Assembly: GCA_049521795.1 (NCBI GenBank)
Contig: JBEKOM010000001.1
Location: 320,001 to 384,000 of the forward strand
Length of the DNA stretch: 64,000 bases
Source of the DNA: Candidatus Bathyarchaeia archaeon
Lineage (GTDB): Archaea; Thermoproteota; Bathyarchaeia; Bathyarchaeales; Bathycorpusculaceae
Direction of reading: 5' to 3'
Shown here: one piece after another, positions 48,619 to 58,800 of the stretch
How the letters are laid out: each line of letters begins with the position of its first letter
How positions within the stretch are numbered: position 1 is the stretch's first letter
Notes under the pieces: generated by a model
Databases searched by the model: none
What the model was told of the DNA's origin: nothing
Seen by the model: only the letters and a program-made list of their open reading frames with translations
Translations under genes and position numbers: made by a program

Positions 48619-50226
48619 ATGAGCGAGAAACTAATCGGTCACGGCACTTGGTACGATAAGATGGCCGCAAAGGTGGTGGCCAGGGAGGGGAAGCTTGGAA
48701 GAAGCTTGGACTTGGTCAGAACCGAAATGGGCATAGCTGCTTCGGGCTTCCCTCACGTGGGCAACCTGAGTGACGCGGCCAGGTCTTTTGCTGTGACCTT
48801 GGCGCTTAGAGAACAAGGCTTTAAGTCTGAACTTGTCGCTTTCAGCGATGACAAGGATGGGTTGCGAAAGGTTCCGGCTGGAATGCCTGATTCGCTGAAA
48901 GAGCACTTGGGTCGGCCTGTCACGGACATTCCTGACTTTTACGGCTGTCACGGCAGCTACGGAGAACACATGTCCCTTCTTCTGCGCGAGGCCTTGGACA
49001 AGTGCGGTATCGATTACAAGTTCATGTCTGCCACTGAAGTCTATAGGAAAGGCTTGTTCAACGAAGAGATCAGGACGATGCTTCTGGGTGCAAAGAGAAT
49101 AGGAGAAATAGTCAAGGAGGAGATCGGCCAAGAAAAGTTTCTGGAAGCTCTGCCTTACTTTGCTGTTTGTGAAAACTGCGGCCGCATATACACGACTAAA
49201 GCGTATGATTTTTTGGCAAAAGAGAACAAGATTCTTTACAAATGCGAAGGTATGGAGGTCAAGGGGCAATGGTTGCAGGGCTGCGGCCACCAGGGAGAAG
49301 TCGACTACAGAAGTGGCATGGGTAAACTCAGCTGGAAGGGCGAGTTTGCGGTTCGGTGGAAAGCCTTGGACATAAGGTTTGAAGCTTTCGGAAAAGACGT
49401 TGCCGACTCTGTGCGCGTTAACGACCGCATCTGCCGGGAGATACTGAACTGGGAGCCGCCCGTGCACGCGAAATACGAGCTGTTCTTGGGCAAGAGCGGC
49501 AGGAGGTTCTCAAAGTCGGCTGGATTCTTGTTGACACCGCAAACGTGGTTCAAGTATGGCTCTCCACAGTCGGTCATGCTTCTGTTGCTGAAACGATTCG
49601 TCGGTTCTCGTGCGTTAGACGTTACAGACATCCCGGCATACATGGACGAGCTGGACTCTCTGGAAGACGTGTACTTCGGAAAGAAGGCGGCAAAAGACGA
49701 GCGTGAACGCGCAAAGCTGGCGGGTCTATACGAGTACTGCTTTGCATTGCGCGTTCCAGCGAAACCAAGCCTGCACGTACCGTACAACTTGCTAACTTAC
49801 TTGGCAAAAGTCGCTCCTAAGGGCAGTGAGGAAGAATACGTCGTTGATAAGCTTCGAAGCTATGGCTACTTGAAACAGGGACAAACATTGGATGAGGCTT
49901 CGAGGAAACGCGTTGAGTACGCATTCAATTGGGCAAGGGATTTTGAAGAGATTAAGGAAGCATCAGTTACCTTGAAAGAAGGGGAAAGAGTTGCAGTGAC
50001 AGAGCTGGTAAAGATGCTAGCGGCTGAAGATGAACCGGAAAAAATACAGAACGCCATATTCAACGTCGCCAAGAAGCATGGTTTGCAGCCGAGCAGCTTC
50101 TTCAAGACGATATACACGGTCCTTTTAGGTGCGCCTCAAGGTCCAAGACTTGGACCTTACATAATCGCGATGGGAAAACAAAACGTGATCGCCGCTCTGC
50201 GTCGCGTTCTAGGAAGCCAAGGCTAA
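48619..50226 (+). CDS. lysS: Lysyl-tRNA synthetase, class I
   Basis: SGFPHVGN (HIGH-like), DDKDGLRKVP, RFEAFGKD, FSKSAG, GPRLG. Confidence 0.96.
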   Translation: MSEKLIGHGTWYDKMAAKVVAREGKLGRSLDLVRTEMGIAASGFPHVGNLSDAARSFAVTLALREQGFKSELVAFSDDKDGLRKVPAGMPDSLKEHLGRPVTDIPDFYGCHGSYGEHMSLLLREALDKCGIDYKFMSATEVYRKGLFNEEIRTMLLGAKRIGEIVKEEIGQEKFLEALPYFAVCENCGRIYTTKAYDFLAKENKILYKCEGMEVKGQWLQGCGHQGEVDYRSGMGKLSWKGEFAVRWKALDIRFEAFGKDVADSVRVNDRICREILNWEPPVHAKYELFLGKSGRRFSKSAGFLLTPQTWFKYGSPQSVMLLLLKRFVGSRALDVTDIPAYMDELDSLEDVYFGKKAAKDERERAKLAGLYEYCFALRVPAKPSLHVPYNLLTYLAKVAPKGSEEEYVVDKLRSYGYLKQGQTLDEASRKRVEYAFNWARDFEEIKEASVTLKEGERVAVTELVKMLAAEDEPEKIQNAIFNVAKKHGLQPSSFFKTIYTVLLGAPQGPRLGPYIIAMGKQNVIAALRRVLGSQG

Positions 50227-50335
50227 GAGACAGTGCACGCACGGCAAGATCATGTCGGGCATAGTTTGTGAGAATTGTTTTTCTTAGCGCAAGGAATTTA
50301 TGCTCTCAACGTATATGGGTTCAAAGGTGTTCAAA

Positions 50336-50578
50336 ATGGTTGAGTCTTTCGTATTAGTCAGAGTAGGCACAAGTGAAGCTATGAATTTAACCAAGACGAT
50401 CAGAGAAGTACTCAGCAAAACCAAGGGTGTCAAAGACGTTTACGGAGTCTTTGGGCGTTGGGACTTCCTCGTCAAAGTGGAGACAAAGACGCTTGAAGAC
50501 CTGGGAAAACTAGTCACCGATTGCATAAGGGGCATCAATGGAGTAGTTTCCACAGAGACGCTGATAATAGGTTTCTAG
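50336..50578 (+). CDS. Lrp/AsnC ligand-binding (RAM) domain-only protein
   Basis: VYGVFGRWDFLVKVE, IRGINGVVSTETLI. Confidence 0.85.
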   Translation: MVESFVLVRVGTSEAMNLTKTIREVLSKTKGVKDVYGVFGRWDFLVKVETKTLEDLGKLVTDCIRGINGVVSTETLIIGF

Positions 50579-50679
50579 CAAGACTTACAGCAGACATATT
50601 TTCCACAATTTTTTTTGCGCACGAAATCTTTAGAGCAACCTCTGAATGATAGGATAACAGCAAGGAGAATGCTTGATCA

Positions 50680-51720
50680 ATGGGCCTTGTAAACTCTCTG
50701 AAGAGGTTCTTGTTGGTTTTGGTTCTTCTGGCAGGAGTAACGTTGAGCGTCGCGCTCGTGTTTGACCAGCTGGTCGCTGGATCGACAAAGCTCTCCGTCC
50801 TGTTTGTGCAGACGATTAGAACCGTGCTGGTCATCGCTTTCGGCTCGATAATCATACTTTTCATACGGCGCTTCAGATCTCTCATAGCGAGCCGCGTCGG
50901 AGTTCATCCTGCAACAGTCTTACAATTCTTCATTGGTATCATAGTCGTCATCGTTATGACCTTTGCCGTTCTGAACATATTTCAGGTTCCACCGACGACG
51001 CTGCTGGTGGGCGGAGGCGTGGTCTCGATCGTCTTGGGCCTCGTAATATCCACGTTTGTCGGGAACATCCTGGCTGGAACGTTAGTGCTTATGACCAACC
51101 CGTACAGAGTGGGCGATGACGTTCTGGTGAATAACGTTCCGGGCAAGATAGTGGAGATAACGGCGATGACCACGCGGATAATGAACTATGCTGGCGGCCA
51201 GATGGTTATTCCCAACGCTGCGATAATTCAGGGAGCCGTGATCGTTACTAAGGTGTCTGGGCACGAAACCGTTTTGCAGAGCAGGCTTCCGTATTCTTTG
51301 GGCGACCGGGTCTACACAACCTACTTGAGTGCGGAGGGTGTGGTCAGGGAGCTTAATCAATTCTACACGAAGATTCTGTTGGACTCCGGTAGAGAACTGA
51401 CCTTTTTGAACAACAGTGTTCTCACCGGTTCGGTGGCTGTGGCAAAGATAAGCCCAGGCTTCGATGACGTGGTGAAATTCTCGCTCAAAGTTGACTGGGA
51501 ACCTGAGAAAGTGGCTAAGGCAATAAGGGACATGGCAGGCTCAAACCCTGAAACCTTCAAGTCAATTCCGACAGTGCTGTATTCTTCACTTGACCGAGAG
51601 ATAATCGAGTTTGAGATCACCTGCAAAGTTGACCCGAGCAAGAGAAGCGAAGCCAAGAGCATGATCATAGAAGCTGCCTATCGGTCAGGCGCGCGCGGAC
51701 TGAAGAAACGATCCAGCTAA
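50680..51720 (+). CDS. MscS-family mechanosensitive channel
   Basis: TM segments, GNILAG..NPYRVGD, IPNA. Confidence 0.85.
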   Translation: MGLVNSLKRFLLVLVLLAGVTLSVALVFDQLVAGSTKLSVLFVQTIRTVLVIAFGSIIILFIRRFRSLIASRVGVHPATVLQFFIGIIVVIVMTFAVLNIFQVPPTTLLVGGGVVSIVLGLVISTFVGNILAGTLVLMTNPYRVGDDVLVNNVPGKIVEITAMTTRIMNYAGGQMVIPNAAIIQGAVIVTKVSGHETVLQSRLPYSLGDRVYTTYLSAEGVVRELNQFYTKILLDSGRELTFLNNSVLTGSVAVAKISPGFDDVVKFSLKVDWEPEKVAKAIRDMAGSNPETFKSIPTVLYSSLDREIIEFEITCKVDPSKRSEAKSMIIEAAYRSGARGLKKRSS

Positions 51721-51771
51721 CTTTGCATCCGTCTCAAGCATGCGCAAGACAAATATAGAATCGCCGAGTTT

Positions 51772-52950
51772 TTGATCAAACCGAGTGTGAGGAAGATCGG
51801 AAGCAAGGTTAGCCGCATCGGGTACATCAACAGGATCATGGACAACCTGCTCAACCTTAGAAAAAGAGAGCTAACCCCATTGTACGAAGACCTCAAGGCT
51901 GCTGACTGCGTGATCTGCGGTGGGTCTGGCAGGTCGCTGTATTCCCTTAATGCAGCGATGAGTCAGATTGCGATCAGCCACATAGGGTGGAGGAACAAGG
52001 TCGTGCTAACCCCAGATGACCCGGGTTTTCCGGGGAAAAACATGTACGACGCTGCGGCAGGACTTGAAAGGCGGTACAACAAGACGTTGCTCTTGATAAA
52101 CTCTGGAAGCGGCGTCTCTGGAGACCCACTGGGTCTCGCCCAGGACCTTTGTAGGTACATCGGCGAAAAGAAGACGTCAAAGTTTTCCATAGGGCTCATT
52201 ACGTCTAACATGAGTTCACCGTTAGCAGAAATCGTCTCAAATAGTGGGCACGTTATCGAGCTGAGAGGCCGAGGGAGGGCGAAGCCTTCGCTTGATTATG
52301 GCAAGACAGGGATCATGGGCGATGTCTTCGAATTGGGCAGTCTTCTTCTTCTATCCATGATGACGGAAGCCATTTTTCGAAACTTGGAGGCAGGCGAGGT
52401 TTTTCGTCTCTGCGAAGAAGAGTTTGCCAAGCTGGGGCCGTTGGTGGACTCAATAGTTGAGTCTGAAGTCTACACGCATCTTGTAGACATCTTGGAAAAA
52501 CGGACAAGCGTGTTTCTCGGCGGAAAAGGTACGGGCAGCGAAATTGTCAAGATGGTTGCAGTGAGGCTCTTTCACATCAAGAGCACGCTGGGAGACAACG
52601 TGTACATAGCCAGAGGCGTGAACACGCCGCCTCCGAGACCGGGCGACCTTGAAATTCTAGTGTCCTTCTCTGGCGAAACCAAGCCCGTCATAGCCTGGGC
52701 AGACACTTTGAAGAAATTGAACGGAACGGTTCTTTCAATCACTGGAACAAGAAAATCAACTCTGACCGAAAAGTCGGACCTGCAGATAGTGTTGGATGAA
52801 GAAACTAAGCCAGGAACGCCTAGAAGGTTCTACATGAGGACAGCGTACGTCCTGAGCCCACTGCCAGTCAGACTCGTCGAGAGACTGGGAGAAAAAGGGC
52901 TAAAGCTGCCCGAATACATAATCAACTGGCATCACTCGCTCACTGATTAG
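51772..52950 (+). CDS. Tandem SIS-domain protein, 6-phospho-3-hexuloisomerase-like; start uncertain
   Basis: GSGRS..NSGSG..ITSN.SSPL..MGDVFE in the first domain; GKGTG..GDL..SFSGET..ITG..STL in the second. Confidence 0.75.
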   Translation: MIKPSVRKIGSKVSRIGYINRIMDNLLNLRKRELTPLYEDLKAADCVICGGSGRSLYSLNAAMSQIAISHIGWRNKVVLTPDDPGFPGKNMYDAAAGLERRYNKTLLLINSGSGVSGDPLGLAQDLCRYIGEKKTSKFSIGLITSNMSSPLAEIVSNSGHVIELRGRGRAKPSLDYGKTGIMGDVFELGSLLLLSMMTEAIFRNLEAGEVFRLCEEEFAKLGPLVDSIVESEVYTHLVDILEKRTSVFLGGKGTGSEIVKMVAVRLFHIKSTLGDNVYIARGVNTPPPRPGDLEILVSFSGETKPVIAWADTLKKLNGTVLSITGTRKSTLTEKSDLQIVLDEETKPGTPRRFYMRTAYVLSPLPVRLVERLGEKGLKLPEYIINWHHSLTD

Positions 52951-52962
52951 GGACTCGCGGTC

Positions 52963-53280
52963 CTAAGACGTTCGCGAGTGTGCACCGGTCTTTCCAAAGA
53001 TCTCTTCCAGTCGTCGCTTGTGAACCTCGCGCGTGGTGAGCGGTTAAATTTCTCTGTCAGTGTAGAAGAACAGCGGGTCTTCACCCACTATGCTTGCCAG
53101 TTGTTCATCCGAGTCTGCGTTCACTATCAGAACATCGCCTTGATGACCTATCAGATGGTACGAAACCTCAACAGTCTTCTTCTTTTCCAACCCGTCAAGA
53201 TACTTGAAGTGTGCCGGAAGAAGCTTAGCCCAGATATCCACACTGGTCGGTCTCATCTTGGTAATTATTAAGAACTTCAT
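52963..53280 (-). pseudogene. Muconolactone isomerase/YciI-like small protein with premature stop
   Basis: ..EDPLFFYTDREI*PLTTREVHKRRLEEIFG: the TAA at 53044 sits where Tyr (TAC/TAT) would give EIYPL. Confidence 0.6.
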
Positions 53281-53498
53281 CTTAGGTCGTTCTTCACTCT
53301 TAAGCTCAGCATATAAATGATTTTTGGAAAATTGCGCGGCTTCTTCCCCCATGCTGGTTTGCTGCTTAGCGTGCTGGCGCGTTGAATTCTAAGCCTCACA
53401 GCGGGCGTTTGCTGAAACCCTGCGGAGCGTGTTGAAAGCGTAGTTGAGAAGACTTTAATTGTTTGCGCAAAGATAGCTGCTTCAAGGGTTAGAGGGCG

Positions 53499-53843
53499 TT
53501 GACAAGAAGAAGCATTGGCTACTTGCAGAGATTTAACCGTCTTCTCGTTTGGCCTACTGTGGTGCTTCTGATAATCTTTGTGATTTCGGGATTTGGTATC
53601 GATAACCCGACGATGACGAGCGATCTGACTGGAGGCGTGTTTACGCGCAGCTTCTCACTGTACCTGCATCTGAATCTGGCCGTGCCCGTTCTGATATTGC
53701 TGATGATTCACGTGCTGATCGCGTTGAAGACCGCTTTGACACGGTGGGGACTGGGAGAGGAAAAGCTGTTGAATGTTGTTCTCATCGCACTGGGCCTTTT
53801 TGTCACGGTTCTGATTGTTCTGGCGCGGTATCTGGTGTTCTGA
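53499..53843 (+). CDS. Three-TM His-containing membrane protein (cytochrome b-like)
   Basis: ISGFG, LYLH...MIHV spacing of His residues within TM helices. Confidence 0.6.
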   Translation: MTRRSIGYLQRFNRLLVWPTVVLLIIFVISGFGIDNPTMTSDLTGGVFTRSFSLYLHLNLAVPVLILLMIHVLIALKTALTRWGLGEEKLLNVVLIALGLFVTVLIVLARYLVF

Positions 53844-53883
53844 GACGTTGAAATGTGCAATGATCAATTCTTTGTGATTTGCG

Positions 53884-54595
53884 TCACTTGTTCTTCCGAC
53901 TCTTCAGGACCATCCTTCTGTAGATTGCGCCTAGGATTATGGCCACGAATAAGACAACAGGTATTATCAGCAGCAACCATGGAAACTCCGTGGTCGCACT
54001 GAGTATTTCCATTTTCACCACGAATTTGACCCAGTATGTGGACTCCGTTGCCAGTCGTTCCGGTCCAACGATCGCAAGGCGCAGGGGGCCTTCATCTGAA
54101 GAAAGGTTCGCACCGTCAAAGAAGTATGCCAGAATCGGAGTGAGAGATTGGTTGTGAGGCGCTTGTTGACCTGTCACAGGGTCGAATGTTGTGAAATTAC
54201 CGTTCACTTCATCATAAACTAAGAGTCTTGGTGTAGTTGTCAGATGCTATTATTCTGAGGCTACTGCCGTTAGCTAATCCTCCTACTAGATTACAGAAGG
54301 CTATCAACGGGACCCCCGTGTAGTTTCCTAGACCTCTGATGAATCCGCCCTGGGTTTCATACCCTCCATAAGCCATGTAAGAGAGGAGGCTTCCAATGTC
54401 GCTAGAGGTCAAGACGAGCTGGGTGCCATTTGCCGCGACGAGAGTAACAGTCATTTGAGGAAGATTGATGGCGGCAGCCGCCGCCTGTACCCTCGCACTT
54501 GAACAGTAAACTGTGCTGGTGGCTAGCAAAACCAGCGTGACTATGAGAAGAACGCGTTTTCCGTAACTGCTTTCTAGTTTGTGATGCGACTTCAT
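53884..54595 (-). pseudogene. Secreted molybdopterin-binding-like domain protein with PEF-CTERM-like anchor, frameshift near 54215
   Basis: Removing one T restores ASDNYTKTLSYDEVNGNF; YTGVPL, EGPLRLAI, WVKFV; C-terminal TEFP-TM-RR..K. Confidence 0.7.
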
Positions 54596-54758
54596 GTTTT
54601 CACTTGTGACATCATTGGACAGTTTGTCTAACGGTATGCGTTGCGCGCATTAAAAGCGTTCTTGACCGAGCTTGATCAGTTGCTTCGGTTGGTGCGAGGT
54701 ACGAAGGCAAAATGCATATAGGTATGACGTAAGTCATATTCTTTGAGGCGAGGGAACG

Positions 54759-55424
54759 ATGGATGCAAGGAAAATCCTCTTGCTGGCGATTCTCGCGATA
54801 ATAGTGGTCGCTGCCGCATTCGTGGGAAATTGGGTGTGGACCAGCCTGACCAGCGGTCCAACAATCACTTATAACGGGGAAATCAGGGTGTACAACGGGA
54901 TGCAGCTCGGGTCGATAAATGATTTCAGACTCGAAGCGATAACTGGTGTACAATACATAAACGTGAGTTCTTACCAGCTTGCTGTCACAGGGCTTGTTCA
55001 AAACCAAACAGTCTACACATACGACGACATTGTTAACAACCACACAAGTTACCTGAAAGTTGTCACGCTCAACTGCGTGGAAGGCTGGTCAGTCAGGGCT
55101 TTGTGGCAGGGTGTACTCGTGAAGGATCTCCTTGAAGAAGCTGGGTACGATCAAAGTGCCCAAGTCGTAATATTCTATGCTCAAGATGGATACACGACAA
55201 GCCTGCCGCTTTCCTACATAGTGAACAACAACATAATGATAGCCTACAAAATAAACAACGTAACCCTTCCGGCACGAGAAGGCTACCCGTTTCAATTAGT
55301 TGCCGAAGGCAAGTACGGGTACAAGTGGATAAAGTGGATAACCAAGATGGAAGTATCCAACGACACCGGCTTTCGAGGCTATTGGGAAAGCAATGGATTC
55401 CCCAACGATGCCAACTTACCATGA
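54759..55424 (+). CDS. Membrane-anchored sulfite-oxidase-family molybdoenzyme (MsrP/YuiH-like)
   Basis: TLNCVEGWS, WQGV, DGYTTSLPL, GYPFQLV, YGYKWIKWI, GYWESNG. Confidence 0.9.
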   Translation: MDARKILLLAILAIIVVAAAFVGNWVWTSLTSGPTITYNGEIRVYNGMQLGSINDFRLEAITGVQYINVSSYQLAVTGLVQNQTVYTYDDIVNNHTSYLKVVTLNCVEGWSVRALWQGVLVKDLLEEAGYDQSAQVVIFYAQDGYTTSLPLSYIVNNNIMIAYKINNVTLPAREGYPFQLVAEGKYGYKWIKWITKMEVSNDTGFRGYWESNGFPNDANLP

Positions 55425-55679
55425 TGCCTGAATCTCACGCTGCTTTTCTGAACAAGACCTTGCTGTGTCGTGTATTCTGAGTAGCCCTTCACAGAGCTTG
55501 AGGCGTGTCCTTGGTAGATAAAGACGTATCCCCTCCTAGGTTTCAACGTACCATGGATATTTGGATCCAAATATATCCCCGTCTCCAACGTGCCTTTTGA
55601 GTCTGATCTGCTCGGCCAAAGGTCGCTTTCTGATACGCGAAAACACGGTAGGATATTTGCGCGCGCTTTTCTTATGTGG

Positions 55680-55728
55680 TTGAATACTGATTATGTGTCG
55701 AGTTTGGAGTCGTTTTTGAATACTGATT
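55680..55728 (+). repeat. 13-bp direct repeat TTGAATACTGATT upstream of the histidine kinase
   Basis: Exact copies at 55680-55692 and 55716-55728. Confidence 0.6.
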
Positions 55729-55819
55729 TTGAATTCGCAAGTGTTAATCGGGACCGAGGCATTGAAGGAAACATTGCTGTTGCACGTGCATGTAATGGCC
55801 AGTGTGAAGTGCGATTTGC

Positions 55820-58800
55820 ATGGTTGAATCTGCTGTTCAGTCTCGAGCCGAAATAGTTGTGGGTTCTAGTGAGAACAAACTGATTCGCGTCTTGCATGTT
55901 GACGACGAACTTGGTTTCTTGAAAATAGCGAAGCAATGCTTGGAAATGCAGGGGCCGTTTCACGTTGATACGGCAGGTTCTGTTGGAGAAGCTTTGAACA
56001 AACTGAAAGAGACGGAGTACGATGCAGTAGTCTCAGATTATCAAATGCCTGGGAAAGATGGGCTTGAATTTCTGGAAATGCTGAGAAAGAACGGAAACAC
56101 TATCCCATTTGTCATGTTCACTGGAAAAGGAAGGGAGGAAGTTGCTGTTAAGGCGTGGAGTCTGGGCGCTGATCATTATGTTAACAAGACTGGCGATCCT
56201 GAAACAGTGTATTGCGAACTGGCGCATTGTCTGCGGTCTACTGTGGAGAAACACTTCGCAGAAGCCCAGATGAAGGAGACAGTCCAGAAGCTTCAAACGA
56301 TATACCAGAATGCGGTCGAAGGGATCTCGTATGTGGATGCTGAAGAGAACATCGTTTATGCCAACAAAGCGTTTGCAGGGATAGTTGGTTATGAACAAGA
56401 CCAGCTTGCAGGCATGAGCCTGCGCAGATTAGCTGACGATGAAAACTGGGCAAGAATAGAAAATGAGACAAATCGACGTCGGCAAGGAGAATCCAGCCGC
56501 TATGAAGTAGAGTTCCGCAGAAGCGATGGCACGGTTCGAAATACTCTGATTTCAGGTGCTCCCTTGCTTGATCATGATGGACGGTTCGTAGGCACAATCG
56601 GCATAGTTCTTGACATCACAGAACAGAAGAAGACCAAAGAAGCCATCAAAGAGTCAGAAGAGAGATTCAAAAGCATTTTCGAAAGTGTCGATGACGGTCT
56701 AATATATCTGGATACAACTGGAAGGATTATCGAGATCAATAGAAAAGCGGTAGAATTCTTCGGCGGGTCCAAAGAAGAACTCTTGGGAAAGCACTTCACA
56801 AAAATCGGCATATTCCCTATCAAAGAGATGCCCACCCTCACGAAGAGGTTCGTAGATATTCTACTTGGTAAAAGAACTATTCTTGACATTACAATCAAGA
56901 ACAAGAAAGGCCAGGCAATTCCATTAGAATGCTCAGCTTCTCTTTCGAAAGCATATGACAAATCAACGATAGCAGTGGTCGCCAGAGACATGACCGAGCG
57001 CAGAGAAAGGGAACGACTTCTGAGAGAAAGAGAGGAAAAATACCGATCACTAGTCGAGCAATCAATGCAGGGAATAGTGATCGCGCAAGGATCGATACCT
57101 CATATGGTCTTCGCTAACTTTGCCATGTCAAAGATTCTGGGTTACAGTGTTGAGGAATTGCTGTCACTCTCGCCTCAACAGACGATAGGTCTCGTGCATC
57201 AGGACGATCGGGAGCTCTTTTTCGGACGATTCAAAGATCGGTTGGAAGGAAAGCCCGTGCCGCCACAATACGAGGTTCGCGGAATCAGAAAAGACGGAAC
57301 TATTGTTTGGCTTGAACTGTCTTCTGCTCGAATAGAATATGGTGGGCAACCAGCCGTGCAAGCAATATTTACGGACATAACTGAACGCAAGAAAACAGAG
57401 GAAGAGGCGTTTGCTGAAAGAGATAGGCTTGAAACGGTTACAAGAAGCATTGGTGCGGGGCTTGCCATCATTTCGAAAGATTACCGGACCCTTTGGGCGA
57501 ATGACGTTCTCAAGAAGATATTCGGCGATGTGGAGGGCAAGATCTGCTATTCAGTCTACAATCAGAGAAGCAGCATTTGCCCAGGATGTGGAGTTCGAGA
57601 GATTTTTGAAGCTGGAAAAGCCAAGGTTGTTCACGAACAAGTGGGAAAGGATGTAGACGGAAAAACTGTCTGGTCAGAGATTACGGCTACGCCAGTTAAG
57701 GACAGAGATGGAAATATCACAGCGGTGCTGGAGCTGGTCGTACCCATCACTGAACGCAAGAAAGCTGAAGAACAGAAGAACAGGCTTGCTTATGACCTCA
57801 ATGAACGTGCCAAGGAACTCCGCTGCTTGTATGGCATATCCAAGCTGGTTGAAACGTCTAGAATTACGTTAGATGGCATATTGCAGGGGACGACGAATCT
57901 GCTTCCTGAAGCTTGGCAGTACCCTGAAATCACTGGGGCAAGAGTAGTCCTCGAGGATCAAGAGTTTGTGACATCCAACTTCAAGGAGACCCGTTGGAGG
58001 CAGCAGTCCGAAATCAACGTGCAGGGAAGGAGCGCAGGTTTTGTGGAAGTCTGCTACCTCGAGGAAAAGCCAGACATTGCTGAAGGTCCATTCCTTAAAG
58101 AGGAAAGAATGCTGATAGACGCCGTTGCCGAGAGACTGGGTCGAATCATAGAAAGAATCAGAACTGAGGAGTGCCTGAAAAGCTCAAATGAACGACTGGG
58201 AATCATGTTCGAGAATGCGCCTGACGCCTACTACATTAGTGATCTTGCGGGTCATTTCATAGACGGGAACAGAGTTGCGGAGGAAATGACTGGCTACCGA
58301 AAAGATGAGCTTATCGGAAAAAGCTTTCTGCAACTGGGCCTCCTCTCAAAGAAGCAAATACCCACAGCAGTCAAACTGTTGGCTCTGAACTCTCTGGGCA
58401 AGTCGACTGGACCTGACGAGCTTGTATTGAACCGAAAAGACGGCACATGGGTCGTGGTGGAAATCAGAACAGTGCCAACGAAAATTGGCGACAAAACGGT
58501 GGTGCTTGGCATCGCCCGCGACGTAACAGAGCGCACGAAGATCCAGAAGACGATGGCAGAGAATCAGGCGAAATTCAAGGCTTTATTCGTGGGCAGTCCT
58601 GAAGCTGGAGTCTTTCTCGATGGGGACTTTCACGTTGCAGATATTAACCCTCGCTTCGAGGAGCTTTTCGGATACTCTCTTGCAGAGATCAAGGGAAAGC
58701 ACATCAACGATGCCGTAGTGCCGAGTGACAAGTTGAAAGAGGCACGATCGCTAGACTGCCAAGCAATTCAAGGTTACGCCCATCGAAACACGTGGAGAAG

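Noticed and set aside
47131-49787. Long antisense ORFs (246, 278 and 160 aa), and similar shadows such as 25843-26520
   Set aside because: They lie opposite well-supported genes and have no motifs; typical shadow frames.
53044-53046. Stop-codon recoding (Sec or Pyl) in the small isomerase-like gene
   Set aside because: The stop is TAA, not TGA or TAG; a nonsense mutation or sequencing error is simpler.
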